Positions 44,178-53,718 of a stretch of 64,000 nucleotides of DNA are shown piece by piece. Position 1 is the first letter of the stretch; each line of letters opens with the position of its first letter. Source of the stretch: an uncultured Gammaproteobacteria bacterium (GTDB lineage Bacteria; Patescibacteriota; Microgenomatia; UBA1406; GWC2-37-13); contig CAZOSM010000004.1 in NCBI GenBank assembly GCA_964582715.1, positions 57,906 to 121,905 on the forward strand, given 5' to 3'. The translations under genes were made by a program, and so were the position numbers. Below the pieces are notes generated by a model that saw only the letters and a list, made by a program, of their open reading frames with translations, had not been told where the DNA came from and ran no database searches.

Positions 44178-46913
44178 ATGTTTTCATTTTTACGTCCATT
44201 ATCTGTTTATTTCATAGCTATTTTTGTACTATTCAGCTTCTTATTTATAGCACCTATTGTTAAAGCAGAAACACTTCTTGAAGGGTCAAATAGTAATTTA
44301 TCTGGAGATGATAATTATGTGGGATCGATAGGTATTGGCTTTAATTTTGATTTTTATGGTAATTCTTACTCGCAGTCATCCATCAATATCAATGGTATGT
44401 TAAATTTTGGATCAGGATCGTCTGCATATAGTAACACTGGTATTCCAAATGCAAGCTCTCCAAACAATTTTATAGCTCCATTCTGGGATGACATAATTAC
44501 GCAGGATTTTAGTAAAGAGACTATTTACTATACTACAACTGGTTCTGCTCCTAATCGTAAATTTATAGTGCAATGGACGAATATGTACTTTTATAACAAT
44601 CCAACTCTCCAGATGGGTACATTTCAAGTAATTTTATATGAAGGGTCTAATAACATCCAAGTGCGCTATCTTGATTTGTATGGTAATGCACAGGCCTTTG
44701 GTAACAGTGCTTCAATTGGAGTAGAAAATAGCAATGGTAGTTCTGGAGTACAATATTCATTAAATACTGCGTCCTTAACAAGTGGACAATGTTTGTTATT
44801 CTCACCGAGTGATGGTACTTATTCTATTGATGATGATGCAACCTGTGACGAATATAGATTATTTGATCCGAATGCTCCTTCTGCACCGACATTGACTGCT
44901 CCGGATGATGGTGTTAATGAAGAAGCTTTAATTCCAACTTTTATGTGGGATGAAGCCAATAATACTGATAGCTACACAATTTTAATTGCTACAGACGCTA
45001 ATTTTGCAAATATTACCTATAATCAAACTGGAATAACTTCAACTAGTTATACACCTCCCAACCCCCTATTAAGTGATACGTTATTTTATTGGCGAGTACA
45101 ATCGGTGAATGAAACAACAACGGCGTTATCTGAAGTCAGGACATTTACAACAAGACATGCACCTCGACTTTCCACATTTGGCCCATCGGCTATGGTAAAC
45201 GGGAGTTATACAACCAATGCTAGTCCGGGTGTGACCTTTAACATTACAGATAGTGTTGATGGACATTCAGTTCAATACAGGATTCAAATAGATAATAATA
45301 GCAATTTTGGAAGCCCCGAGGTCGATTATACTTCCGGACTTGCTAGCACTGGTTCTACATCTTTTACAGTTGGACAAGATGCTGGTTCTGGAAGTTATAC
45401 AGTGGGCAGTGCAGGTCAACAATTGTCTAATGCCAATTATTATTGGAGAGTTATGGCAATAGATTCAATTGGAGAAGAGTCTCCATACACAACAGCAAAT
45501 AGTGGAAGCATCGCTTTTCGTGTGCTAGCTGGATCTCCCGAAATATCTGATATGAATGCTATAGCTAATAATACTACAGCCACAATCACGTGGACAACAG
45601 CCCAGGAATCATCTTCTAAAGTTGAATATGGACGAGTTACTACCTATGGGTTTACAACAACTGAAACCAATACTTCACCTCGAGTGACCAGTCATTCAGT
45701 GAATCTTACCGATTTAACACCATGTAGTCGCTACTTTTATCGTGTGAGATCTAAAAATGCTGCAAGTAGTGAAAAGGTGAGCACACAAGGAACTTTCTCT
45801 ACAACAGGCTGTGTGACTACCATTGTTGAAGGTTCGGAGGAAACTATTGTTCCGGCCAGTGGTGGATCTGTTACATATACAAATAATAACGCAACAATTG
45901 GTATTACAGCGCCAAGTAATTTTGTAAACGAGTCTAGTACGACTATTCAAATTAACAGGTTAGAAACGAATTCTGTACCAGTAGCACCACCATCTGTGAG
46001 CTTAGTAAAGGATAATCTATATAGTTTTACAGTTGTAACAGATGGCAGTGAAACTATAACGGAGTTTGATGAGCCAGTTATTGTTGTTTTTACATATGGA
46101 ACAGATATAGAAGCACAATATAAAGAATCAACTTTAGACTTATATAAATATCTTGAAGATAATGATGAGTGGGAGTCTAAATCTTGTATTGTGGATACAA
46201 ATGCAAATACAGTGACATGTACTCTTTCATCTTTTTCGACATATGGAATAATGGGTGAAGAAAATACACAACAATCCTCTGGAAATCGTCCTTCAAGCTC
46301 TCAACCTGGAATTTCGACAAAAACATGTAGTAATGATCGTCCAGAAGGGAGTATTGATTTATTCCAAATCGATATGATAGATACAAAAGCTACCTTGCAT
46401 TTTACACCTATTAATAACAATATCAGTGAATACTTTATAAGTTATTCTTTAAATAAAGATGAATATATGTATGGAGTAGTCTTGCCACATGGTCCTTCAT
46501 CTGGTGCAATAAATTACACCATTAATGAGCTGACACCCAATACAACATATTACTTTCAAGTCCGCGCTGGAAATGGATGTATGCCAGGTGAGTGGAGCAA
46601 TCAGATGGAAGTTAAAACGACGGTAAAAAATGGAGAACAGAAAGTGTATTATAAAAATTTTGTGGCTAAAATATTATCAGTGTTACCCAACACACAGAGA
46701 GTATTAGGAAAAACTACCACAAAACCTGTAAAGCAACAAAAAAATACTAATACCAAAACTTGTTCATACACAATTGCTCCGAATGATACATTATGGAATA
46801 TTGCAGAAGCAAAGTTGAACAATGGAGCACGCTATAAAGAAATCATGGATCTAAATAATATGGATTCAACAATACTTACTCCTGGAGAAACAATTAAAAT
46901 AGCTTGCTCATAA
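44178..46913 (+). CDS. 911-aa secreted surface protein: NIDO-like N-domain, FN3-like repeats, C-terminal FN3-linker-LysM cassette
   Basis: Signal peptide. FNFDFYG...NGMLNF...IAPFWDD...TFQVILYE (NIDO-like). At least three FN3-like units (YYWRV, YFYRVRS). C-terminal LysM (CSYTIAPNDTLWNIAEAKL...TPGETIKIAC). Confidence 0.8.
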   Translation: MFSFLRPLSVYFIAIFVLFSFLFIAPIVKAETLLEGSNSNLSGDDNYVGSIGIGFNFDFYGNSYSQSSININGMLNFGSGSSAYSNTGIPNASSPNNFIAPFWDDIITQDFSKETIYYTTTGSAPNRKFIVQWTNMYFYNNPTLQMGTFQVILYEGSNNIQVRYLDLYGNAQAFGNSASIGVENSNGSSGVQYSLNTASLTSGQCLLFSPSDGTYSIDDDATCDEYRLFDPNAPSAPTLTAPDDGVNEEALIPTFMWDEANNTDSYTILIATDANFANITYNQTGITSTSYTPPNPLLSDTLFYWRVQSVNETTTALSEVRTFTTRHAPRLSTFGPSAMVNGSYTTNASPGVTFNITDSVDGHSVQYRIQIDNNSNFGSPEVDYTSGLASTGSTSFTVGQDAGSGSYTVGSAGQQLSNANYYWRVMAIDSIGEESPYTTANSGSIAFRVLAGSPEISDMNAIANNTTATITWTTAQESSSKVEYGRVTTYGFTTTETNTSPRVTSHSVNLTDLTPCSRYFYRVRSKNAASSEKVSTQGTFSTTGCVTTIVEGSEETIVPASGGSVTYTNNNATIGITAPSNFVNESSTTIQINRLETNSVPVAPPSVSLVKDNLYSFTVVTDGSETITEFDEPVIVVFTYGTDIEAQYKESTLDLYKYLEDNDEWESKSCIVDTNANTVTCTLSSFSTYGIMGEENTQQSSGNRPSSSQPGISTKTCSNDRPEGSIDLFQIDMIDTKATLHFTPINNNISEYFISYSLNKDEYMYGVVLPHGPSSGAINYTINELTPNTTYYFQVRAGNGCMPGEWSNQMEVKTTVKNGEQKVYYKNFVAKILSVLPNTQRVLGKTTTKPVKQQKNTNTKTCSYTIAPNDTLWNIAEAKLNNGARYKEIMDLNNMDSTILTPGETIKIACS

Positions 46914-47013
46914 TTTATTTATCTGTATCAAATCTTCTTTAAAGATGGAAAATTAACTATGATATATAAAAAGCATATTAAACTGATATAGTCTCTAAAT
47001 TATGCAATTTTTG

Positions 47014-47640
47014 TTATAGTCTATGTGTAGCAGATTCTGCTTGATCTCGATGATATATATATGTTGGCCATATAACTTTTTTCACTTTAAATGTATCAAT
47101 TGCTCTTTCAATAAAATCAGAATCTGAAGCATAAGCCATTTTTTTAAATCCATTTAAGGTATGAAAAACACGTTGTTTAGCAAAAATGGTACCTCCAACA
47201 TAAACAGTTGGGTCGTATAAGCTGATCTTTTTTGTGATATCTCTTTTATCTGGTACAAATTCATCACCAATGATTAATAAACCTCCATGCAGCATATCAG
47301 TATCAGGATTTCTTTCTAATTCTTCTACACGCAGTTTCAAATGTTCTACAGAATATTCATCATCAGAACCCAGTAATGTTATGTATGTCCCTTTTGCAGC
47401 AGATATCCCATCATTGGTGGCCTTAGCTTCACCCGCATGACTATTCAAGATAAGTCTAAAACGTGCGTCTTGTTTTACAAATTTTGAAGCAACACGTGCC
47501 GTATTATCTGTACTTCCATCATCTACAATTATACATTCCCAGTCATGAAAGGACTGTTTTTCAACAGAAATAAGAGCACGTTCCAAAAATTGTGGGCGAT
47601 TATAGACAGGAATAACAATAGAAACAGTTGGATTAGACAT
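47014..47640 (-). CDS. Family-2 glycosyltransferase
   Basis: VSIVIPVYNRPQ, IIVDDGSTD, LGSDDE (DxD) motifs. Confidence 0.85.
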   Translation of the reverse strand: MSNPTVSIVIPVYNRPQFLERALISVEKQSFHDWECIIVDDGSTDNTARVASKFVKQDARFRLILNSHAGEAKATNDGISAAKGTYITLLGSDDEYSVEHLKLRVEELERNPDTDMLHGGLLIIGDEFVPDKRDITKKISLYDPTVYVGGTIFAKQRVFHTLNGFKKMAYASDSDFIERAIDTFKVKKVIWPTYIYHRDQAESATHRL

Positions 47641-47641
47641 A

Positions 47642-48328
47642 TTAATATTGAGGATATCCAGGAAACCAATCCTGTTTAATATTGTTTTCAGAAATACCCA
47701 TTTCTTTTAGAGTATTCCCCAAACTCTCCACCATTGGTTCAGGTCCTGAAACATAAAAAAGAGGTTTCTGAATATCTGGAATCAGTTCTTTGATCTTGTT
47801 CTCATCAATATGTTCTGGTGAAAATATATAGTGAATTTTAAAGTTTGGGTTTTCTTTTACAAATGCTTCAAGTTCTTCTTTATACACAATGTTTTGATCA
47901 CGGTTAGCGTATAAAAGGGTGATATTAAGTAGTTTTCCTTCATGATTGAGCTGTTTAAGAATTGATCTAAATGGAGTAATGCCGATTCCTCCCGCTATAA
48001 ACACATATTCCTTGGAATAGTCTTCAATAACAAAATCTCCTTCCACCACAGAAATTTCAATAGATTTTCCAATTTTGAGATTCTTCAGTTTATTTTTAAA
48101 AGAACTACTTCTTTCGTTATTAAATCTGGTTGTCAGCATGATATTACCTTCTATAGGGGCAGCTGCATTAGTAAACCATCTATCAGAACCTCGATCATCT
48201 GTTGGTTCATGATGCAAGACATAATGGAGAAACTGTCCTGGTTTCCAAGTAATCTTTTCCGATGGTTCAAAGATAAATGATTCTACATCGGTTGTTTCAG
48301 ATTTTTTTTCAATGAGTTTTAATTTCAT
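47642..48328 (-). CDS. FNR-like FAD/NAD(P)-binding oxidoreductase
   Basis: RWFT (RxYS-type FAD motif), GGIGITPF NAD(P) motif, beta-barrel plus Rossmann length. Confidence 0.75.
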   Translation of the reverse strand: MKLKLIEKKSETTDVESFIFEPSEKITWKPGQFLHYVLHHEPTDDRGSDRWFTNAAAPIEGNIMLTTRFNNERSSSFKNKLKNLKIGKSIEISVVEGDFVIEDYSKEYVFIAGGIGITPFRSILKQLNHEGKLLNITLLYANRDQNIVYKEELEAFVKENPNFKIHYIFSPEHIDENKIKELIPDIQKPLFYVSGPEPMVESLGNTLKEMGISENNIKQDWFPGYPQY

Positions 48329-48330
48329 AT

Positions 48331-48606
48331 TTATTTTGAAAATAATAATTTTTTTAAGTCAATTCCATGTTCCTCCAAAAACTGCCTGTTTAAACTATAA
48401 AACCAGAGGACACCTTCCTTTCTGTTAGTGATAACGCCTGCATCAACTAATTTATTAAAGTGATGAGAGAGAGTAGGTTGCGTGAGAGAAAATTCTTTCA
48501 TTAACTCCTGACAAGCCATTTCTTCTGTATGTATAAGTCTTTTAAGCATAGCAAGGCGGGTTTCGTCTGCGAGTGCTTTAAAAAGTTTGACTGTTTTTTT
48601 ATCCAT
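48331..48606 (-). CDS. ArsR/SmtB-family transcriptional regulator
   Basis: LFKALADETRLAMLKRL...LTQPTLSHHFNKLVDAGV winged-HTH; ATG 48606. Confidence 0.85.
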   Translation of the reverse strand: MDKKTVKLFKALADETRLAMLKRLIHTEEMACQELMKEFSLTQPTLSHHFNKLVDAGVITNRKEGVLWFYSLNRQFLEEHGIDLKKLLFSK

Positions 48607-48630
48607 ATATTTAATTATTGAAATGTTTCT

Positions 48631-48659
48631 ATAATATACCCTTGTCAACAATTTGTCAA
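48631..48659 (-). promoter_or_regulatory. arsR-like gene promoter with tandem TTGACAA repeats
   Basis: Minus strand TTGACA (48659..48654)-N17-TATTAT (48636..48631). TTGTCAA occurs twice 11 bp apart on the plus strand (48642..48648, 48653..48659) in the divergent spacer. Confidence 0.4.
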
Positions 48660-48679
48660 TAAAGCGATATACTATTTAT

Positions 48680-49024
48680 ATGCTAAAACTCAAACGGATA
48701 TATGATTCATACCATAAAGAAGATGGATATAGGATATTAGTTGATAGACTTTGGCCGCGTGGTGTATCTAAGGAAGATGCTCATATTGATCTCTGGATGA
48801 AAGATATAGCGCCAAGTGACGAGCTGCGTAAATGGTTCCATCATGAAGAAGCTAAGTGGGATGAGTTTAAGAAAAGATATAGTAAAGAATTACAGAATAA
48901 TTCGCAACATATTAAAGAACTTAAAGATCTTGTAAAGCGACATAGAGTTATTACACTGCTGTATGGTGCAAAAGATACGGAACATAATCAGGCAGTCGTA
49001 CTTAAAGAATTTCTAGAACATTAA
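48680..49024 (+). CDS. DUF488-family protein
   Basis: RILVDRLWPRGVSKE...DLWMKDIAPS..LRKWF signature; TATACT 6 nt before ATG 48680. Confidence 0.8.
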   Translation: MLKLKRIYDSYHKEDGYRILVDRLWPRGVSKEDAHIDLWMKDIAPSDELRKWFHHEEAKWDEFKKRYSKELQNNSQHIKELKDLVKRHRVITLLYGAKDTEHNQAVVLKEFLEH

Positions 49025-49062
49025 GAAATAATGAGAGTTTATTGTTGATATAATCAATGTAT

Positions 49063-49656
49063 ATGAGAAAAATAATTGTACTTACTTTTTTATCTTTAGA
49101 CGGTGTTATGCAAGCTCCAGGAGGTCCGGAAGAAGATCCTTCAGGAGATTTTACATATGGTGGCTGGACTGTTCCATACTTTGATGAAGAATTAGGTAAA
49201 GCAATGGGTTCACAAATGGGACCTGCTGACCTCCTTTTGGGAAGAAAGACGTTTGAGATATTTGCTGGCTACTGGCCCGAGCATGAGAACGACTGGCCTG
49301 GTATTAATAAGGTAGCAAAGTATGTTGTTTCTACCACTCTAAAAGAACATAGCTGGAGTAACTCCGTTTTTATAAATAGCAATGTAGTTGAAGAAATTAA
49401 AAAACTTAAATCTCAAGAAGGTTTAGACTTACAAGTTCATGGAAGTGGCAATCTGATTCAAACATTATTAGAGCACGATCTCGTAGATGAGTTTTGGCTA
49501 AAAATATTCCCTGTTACGTTAGGAAGAGGGAAGAGATTATTTGATGAAGGAACTCTACCTGCAGCTTTTACATTAATTGATTCAAAATCAACTCCTTCTG
49601 GTGTTATTCTCGCAAAGTATAAGCGTGCAGGAGAAGTAAAGACAGGTTCATTTTAA
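49063..49656 (+). CDS. Dihydrofolate-reductase-family protein (RibD C-terminal-like)
   Basis: SLDGVMQAPGGPEED, LLLGRKTFE, LQVHGSGNLIQTLL, FPVTLGRGKRLF; TGATATAAT 8 nt before ATG 49063 (ATG 49057 also in frame). Confidence 0.8.
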   Translation: MRKIIVLTFLSLDGVMQAPGGPEEDPSGDFTYGGWTVPYFDEELGKAMGSQMGPADLLLGRKTFEIFAGYWPEHENDWPGINKVAKYVVSTTLKEHSWSNSVFINSNVVEEIKKLKSQEGLDLQVHGSGNLIQTLLEHDLVDEFWLKIFPVTLGRGKRLFDEGTLPAAFTLIDSKSTPSGVILAKYKRAGEVKTGSF

Positions 49657-49663
49657 AGAGGTG

Positions 49664-51343
49664 CTAACACTTCATCTTAAGTCTCTGTCCAGGATGAATA
49701 AGGGTAGAAGGGAGGTTATTTCCCTGCATTAATTCTGTATATTTTGATCCTTCTCCCAATGTAGTCTTGGATATATTCCATAAGTTATCTCCTGATTTTA
49801 CAGTATACTCGCATGAGTTAGTATCTGGGGTTCCTGTAGTATCTGGTGCAGTAGGTGGTATGTGCGTTATCTGAGTTGGGAATACGGCAAGAATACGTGA
49901 GACAAAGTTTTTATAGTATGAAATATAACTTGCGGTTGAATTGGTCGTTTTAATAGTCATTTTGTTACTCCAGTCACCTGACATGCACCCGTTACCTCCA
50001 CGGATCGTAAATGTATAGGTGGTATTGGGGGTAAGCATATTAATTGTATAGGAAATTGCCCCAGTAGGCTTTCCTGTTTCAAACTCGACACCATACTGGT
50101 GTGTGTTTTCATCCAATCCATAACTTACGAAATACTTGTGAGCACCTGTAGCTGGTGCGAAGTATAGTACTGCCTGAGTATTACTTACATCAATCTGAAA
50201 TAGGTTGGGCGCTTCTGAAGGCTTAGAATCGGAACAGGATGGAGGATGTGAAGTTACTGAGGAAGTGTTGGTATTCTTAGTGGGTTTTGGTGTTGAGGTT
50301 GGTGCATCTGTAGGAGCAGGAGTATTGGTTGGCGTTGGTGTAGGAGTAGGTGTGTTGGTTGGTGTTGGTGTATTTGTTGGGGTAGGCTCAACATCTAAAA
50401 ATACCTGTACACGATCGTTTCCTGTATCTACAACCCAGATTGTACCTGCATTGTCCATTGCTATACTGAAAGGATTATTTAATTGACCGTCTCCAATTCC
50501 AGAGCTTTGGTATGTTTCAATAAGTGAGCCGGTTAACGTATATTTATTTATTTTATGATCATCAGGACACGCAGCATATACGTTTCCATCGTTATCTACT
50601 TTTACATCCCGAATACTTGAGCAAGCAGACCATCTTCTAATAAAATTGCCATCAGTATCAAATACTTGAATCCTGTTATTTAAGGTTTCGGCAGCAAAAA
50701 TATATCCTGTTCCTTCATGGTAAAATACACTGTTTACACCTCCTATATTTTCACCTCCAAGACCTACCCAGTTAGTAATAAAGTTACCACTACTATCAAA
50801 TTTAGAAATGCGATGATTAGTTGATTCTGCAACATAAATATTGCCTTCGCTGTCAACTGTCGCAGAATATGGTGTTTGTAACTGTCCATCACCTGTACCG
50901 CCTGTTCCAAACTTCATAATAAAATTACCATTGTTATCAAATTTTTGAATACGATTATTCGCAGAATCTGCCACATAAATATTATCATCTGAATCTATGC
51001 CAAGCTTTCTTGGCCCGGAAAACTGACCGTCTCCAGAACCAGTTGTGCCCCATTTCAAAATAAAATCACCATTGGAACTGAATTTCTGTACATTATTACC
51101 TGCTGTATCTATTACAAATAGGTTTCCATTGGAATCGCGTACAATACCCTGTGGACTTTGAAACTGGCCGTCTCCAGAACCGCTGCTTCCAAACTGTGAC
51201 TGATATATAAGAACAGCATAAATGGGAGATGCAAAAGAGCTAACAAAAACAAACAATATCAAAAAAAATACTACAATCGAGTAAATAAGCTTAACTGGTT
51301 TCACATATCTACTATAGCAAATAATAGAGAATTTGTTTTCCAT
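49664..51343 (-). CDS. Secreted NHL-repeat beta-propeller protein with Pro/Thr linker and C-terminal FN3-linker-LysM cassette
   Basis: Signal/TM; six NHL-type blades (GDGQF..P.GI..D..GN..V.D..N.R.Q.F); PTPTNTPTPT linker. Tail is paralogous to the ORF 44178 tail and ends in LysM (CEYTVKSGDNLWNISK...HPGQRLKMKC). Confidence 0.8.
   Translation of the reverse strand: MENKFSIICYSRYVKPVKLIYSIVVFFLILFVFVSSFASPIYAVLIYQSQFGSSGSGDGQFQSPQGIVRDSNGNLFVIDTAGNNVQKFSSNGDFILKWGTTGSGDGQFSGPRKLGIDSDDNIYVADSANNRIQKFDNNGNFIMKFGTGGTGDGQLQTPYSATVDSEGNIYVAESTNHRISKFDSSGNFITNWVGLGGENIGGVNSVFYHEGTGYIFAAETLNNRIQVFDTDGNFIRRWSACSSIRDVKVDNDGNVYAACPDDHKINKYTLTGSLIETYQSSGIGDGQLNNPFSIAMDNAGTIWVVDTGNDRVQVFLDVEPTPTNTPTPTNTPTPTPTPTNTPAPTDAPTSTPKPTKNTNTSSVTSHPPSCSDSKPSEAPNLFQIDVSNTQAVLYFAPATGAHKYFVSYGLDENTHQYGVEFETGKPTGAISYTINMLTPNTTYTFTIRGGNGCMSGDWSNKMTIKTTNSTASYISYYKNFVSRILAVFPTQITHIPPTAPDTTGTPDTNSCEYTVKSGDNLWNISKTTLGEGSKYTELMQGNNLPSTLIHPGQRLKMKC
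50279..50396 (-). repeat. Degenerate tandem ACN-CCN repeat encoding a Pro/Thr-rich linker
   Basis: Encodes PTPTNTPTPTNTPTPTPTPTNTPAPTDAPTSTPKPT inside ORF 49664..51343. Confidence 0.85.
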
Positions 51344-51421
51344 ATAAGAAAATACTTGAAGTGAATTAGGGAACAATAGACTATTGTAGATAGAAAATGC
51401 TTGATCTGGTACACTAAACGT

Positions 51422-51607
51422 ATGGAAATATTTTTATGGGGATTATGGAATGGACTAACTGCTTGGATTGTACTTATTGCTCATGTATTTGGAGCCTTAC
51501 AACAGTATCCAGTTTATAATACTGCACTTGATGGAGGATGGTACCAGTTTGGATTCTTGCTGGGTGCGGGATCTCCACTACTTGGATTATTTGGAAAAAA
51601 ACATTAA
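51422..51607 (+). CDS. Hypothetical 61-aa two-TM protein
   Basis: TGgTACACT box 6 nt before ATG 51422; two hydrophobic helices. Confidence 0.4.
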   Translation: MEIFLWGLWNGLTAWIVLIAHVFGALQQYPVYNTALDGGWYQFGFLLGAGSPLLGLFGKKH

Positions 51608-52473
51608 TTTTCTTTCAATAATTCTGTTCGTAATTGTTCGGAAAAATCAGGTTCTGCGTAGTATTTTTTCACTAAATCGGAAATATAATAGTTATTCTTA
51701 ACTTCTTCAAAAGAAATATCATTTTGGATAAAACCCAACTCGTATAACATCTCATCAGAATACCCAGGAAAAATCCAGGCTGCATGATAGGGAATTGTGC
51801 CTGGTTTACTTGCATTCGCATTTTTAGCGAGCTCATTGGTACAGTTACTGGTTAGACTATTATAAAAACGGGGAGTGGTTTCCAGACTTTGTGTGGTTTT
51901 GGCAAGCTGTAGAAACAATCGCCGTCCTTGTTCTTTAGAAATAGTGAGAGGATACATGTATACACTATTATCTTCAATAAGAATTCTTCGTTGTGTTAAG
52001 TCTTCTTCTGTGCCCCAAACGTACATGATTTCAAAACTATTCAGCATGCCTTTTAATAACCCAAACTGTTCTTCTTTTTCGCGGCGAGCTTCTACAGAAA
52101 CAACTATTGGTTTTTCATCTTCAAAATCAAAAACAAAATAGGTGTGCGCAATCCCGCCAAATTTGATGATCGGAAATCCTTCGAATGGCTCAACTAAAAA
52201 CCACACACGCTCCAGTTTAGAAATATTAACTTCACGATCTATATACCCGGCAGAAATAAATTTCCCAGGCGCATATCGATAATCACGCAGATTTGTAATA
52301 CCTACAATATCATCATTAATTTCAATTTGTGGTAAGGTTTCAAAACCAACTTCCCAGTCTCTATCATTATTTGGCTTCATAACAAAGAAGACGTAAATCA
52401 GATAAGCAACTATAATGGTTAAAATAGTTACTAAAAAATATGATTTACCGTGTCTCAGTTTTTGTATATTCAT
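51604..52473 (-). CDS. DUF4105 (Lnb N-terminal-like) domain protein
   Basis: N-terminal TM; NLRDYRY, GHTYFVFDF, YNSLTSNCTNE motifs of DUF4105; TATAAT 6 nt before ATG. Confidence 0.75.
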   Translation of the reverse strand: MNIQKLRHGKSYFLVTILTIIVAYLIYVFFVMKPNNDRDWEVGFETLPQIEINDDIVGITNLRDYRYAPGKFISAGYIDREVNISKLERVWFLVEPFEGFPIIKFGGIAHTYFVFDFEDEKPIVVSVEARREKEEQFGLLKGMLNSFEIMYVWGTEEDLTQRRILIEDNSVYMYPLTISKEQGRRLFLQLAKTTQSLETTPRFYNSLTSNCTNELAKNANASKPGTIPYHAAWIFPGYSDEMLYELGFIQNDISFEEVKNNYYISDLVKKYYAEPDFSEQLRTELLKEN

Positions 52474-52551
52474 AGCATTATTATAATTGCTTTTCCATTT
52501 CTTCCATAACTTTTACGTTTCTTTTTTTTAAAGGAGTTATACTATTGAGAT

Positions 52552-53718
52552 ATGCCGAGGAACCAGAACAAGAATCCTGCTATGCAAAATAAATATATGC
52601 TTATACAACAACCTAATTTAAAAAAAAACGTAAGTCACATCATTAATCCAAGTGTTACAACGAATGAACTAAGCAGTTATGAGAAACTGCTTTACTGGGC
52701 TGCAATTATTGAATCATCAGATGATGCAATAATTAGTAAATCCCCAGAGGGTATTATTACCAGTTGGAATAAAGGAGCAGAAAAATTATATGGTTATACT
52801 GCTCAAGAAGTAATTGGGAAACCAGTATCTATTATTATGCCTAAAGGAAAGGAAAGTGATTTCTCTTATATGATGTCACAATTTTTAGCTGGTAAACGTA
52901 TTGATCATTATGCAACTCAAAGGCAAAGAAAAGATGGTCGTATAATTGATGTTTCTATAACAGTTTCTCCAATTAAAGATGCAACTGGAAAAATTATTGG
53001 GGCTTCAAAAATTGCACGTGATATCACAGCCCAGGTGGAAGAAGAGAGAAGAAAAGAAGATTTTATAAGTACTGCAAGCCATGAGCTGAAAACTCCCCTT
53101 ACAAGCCAACAGGTATATGGCAAACTTCTCGAACGATTAATAGAAAAAAATGATGACTCAGAATATCTTCCTTTAATTCAAAAAATGAATAAACAAACAA
53201 AAAAATTAATTAAACTTACAGAAGATCTCATAGAGTTGTCACGCACAGAAAAAGGTAAATTAGAGATGGATATGGAGCCTTTTGATTTTGATGATCTGGT
53301 ACAAGAAATTGTTGAGAATTCACGGATGATTTCAAACCATAAAATTGAAATAACTAGCACTGTAAATCAGTCTATTGTAGGAGACAGAGAACGTATAGGT
53401 CAGGTTCTCACTAATTTAATTCTGAATGCGGTAAAGTATTCTCCCCGTGCAGAACAAGTTATTGTGAATACTAATGTCATTGATAATGAGCTGCAGGTAT
53501 CAATTAGAGATTTCGGAATTGGTATACCAAAAGAGTATCATGAGAAAATTTTTGAAAGATTTTTTAGAGTATATGGTGAAGATGAAAAGACCTTTCCTGG
53601 TATGGGAATAGGTCTCTATTTAAGTAAGGAAATCGTAACCAGACATGGAGGCACTATCTGGCTCGAAAGTGATAGTAATAAAGGATCCACTTTTACTTTC
53701 TCTTTACCTCTAGGGTAG
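52552..53718 (+). CDS. Cytoplasmic PAS-domain sensor histidine kinase
   Basis: PAS (SDDAIISKSPEGIITSWNKGAEKLYGY), H-box FISTASHELKTPLTS, NAVKYSP, DFGIGIP, GMGIGLYLS, KGSTFTFSLP. Confidence 0.9.
   Translation: MPRNQNKNPAMQNKYMLIQQPNLKKNVSHIINPSVTTNELSSYEKLLYWAAIIESSDDAIISKSPEGIITSWNKGAEKLYGYTAQEVIGKPVSIIMPKGKESDFSYMMSQFLAGKRIDHYATQRQRKDGRIIDVSITVSPIKDATGKIIGASKIARDITAQVEEERRKEDFISTASHELKTPLTSQQVYGKLLERLIEKNDDSEYLPLIQKMNKQTKKLIKLTEDLIELSRTEKGKLEMDMEPFDFDDLVQEIVENSRMISNHKIEITSTVNQSIVGDRERIGQVLTNLILNAVKYSPRAEQVIVNTNVIDNELQVSIRDFGIGIPKEYHEKIFERFFRVYGEDEKTFPGMGIGLYLSKEIVTRHGGTIWLESDSNKGSTFTFSLPLG

Noticed and set aside
50279-50396. Short tandem repeat checked as a possible CRISPR or VNTR locus.
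   Set aside because: It is in frame within a long ORF and encodes a Pro/Thr linker. There is no repeat-spacer periodicity.
40306-51400. Possible integrated mobile element or genomic island anchored at tRNA-Gln.
   Set aside because: No integrase, recombinase, transposase, phage or conjugation genes, and no flanking direct repeats. The composition looks like the rest of the window.
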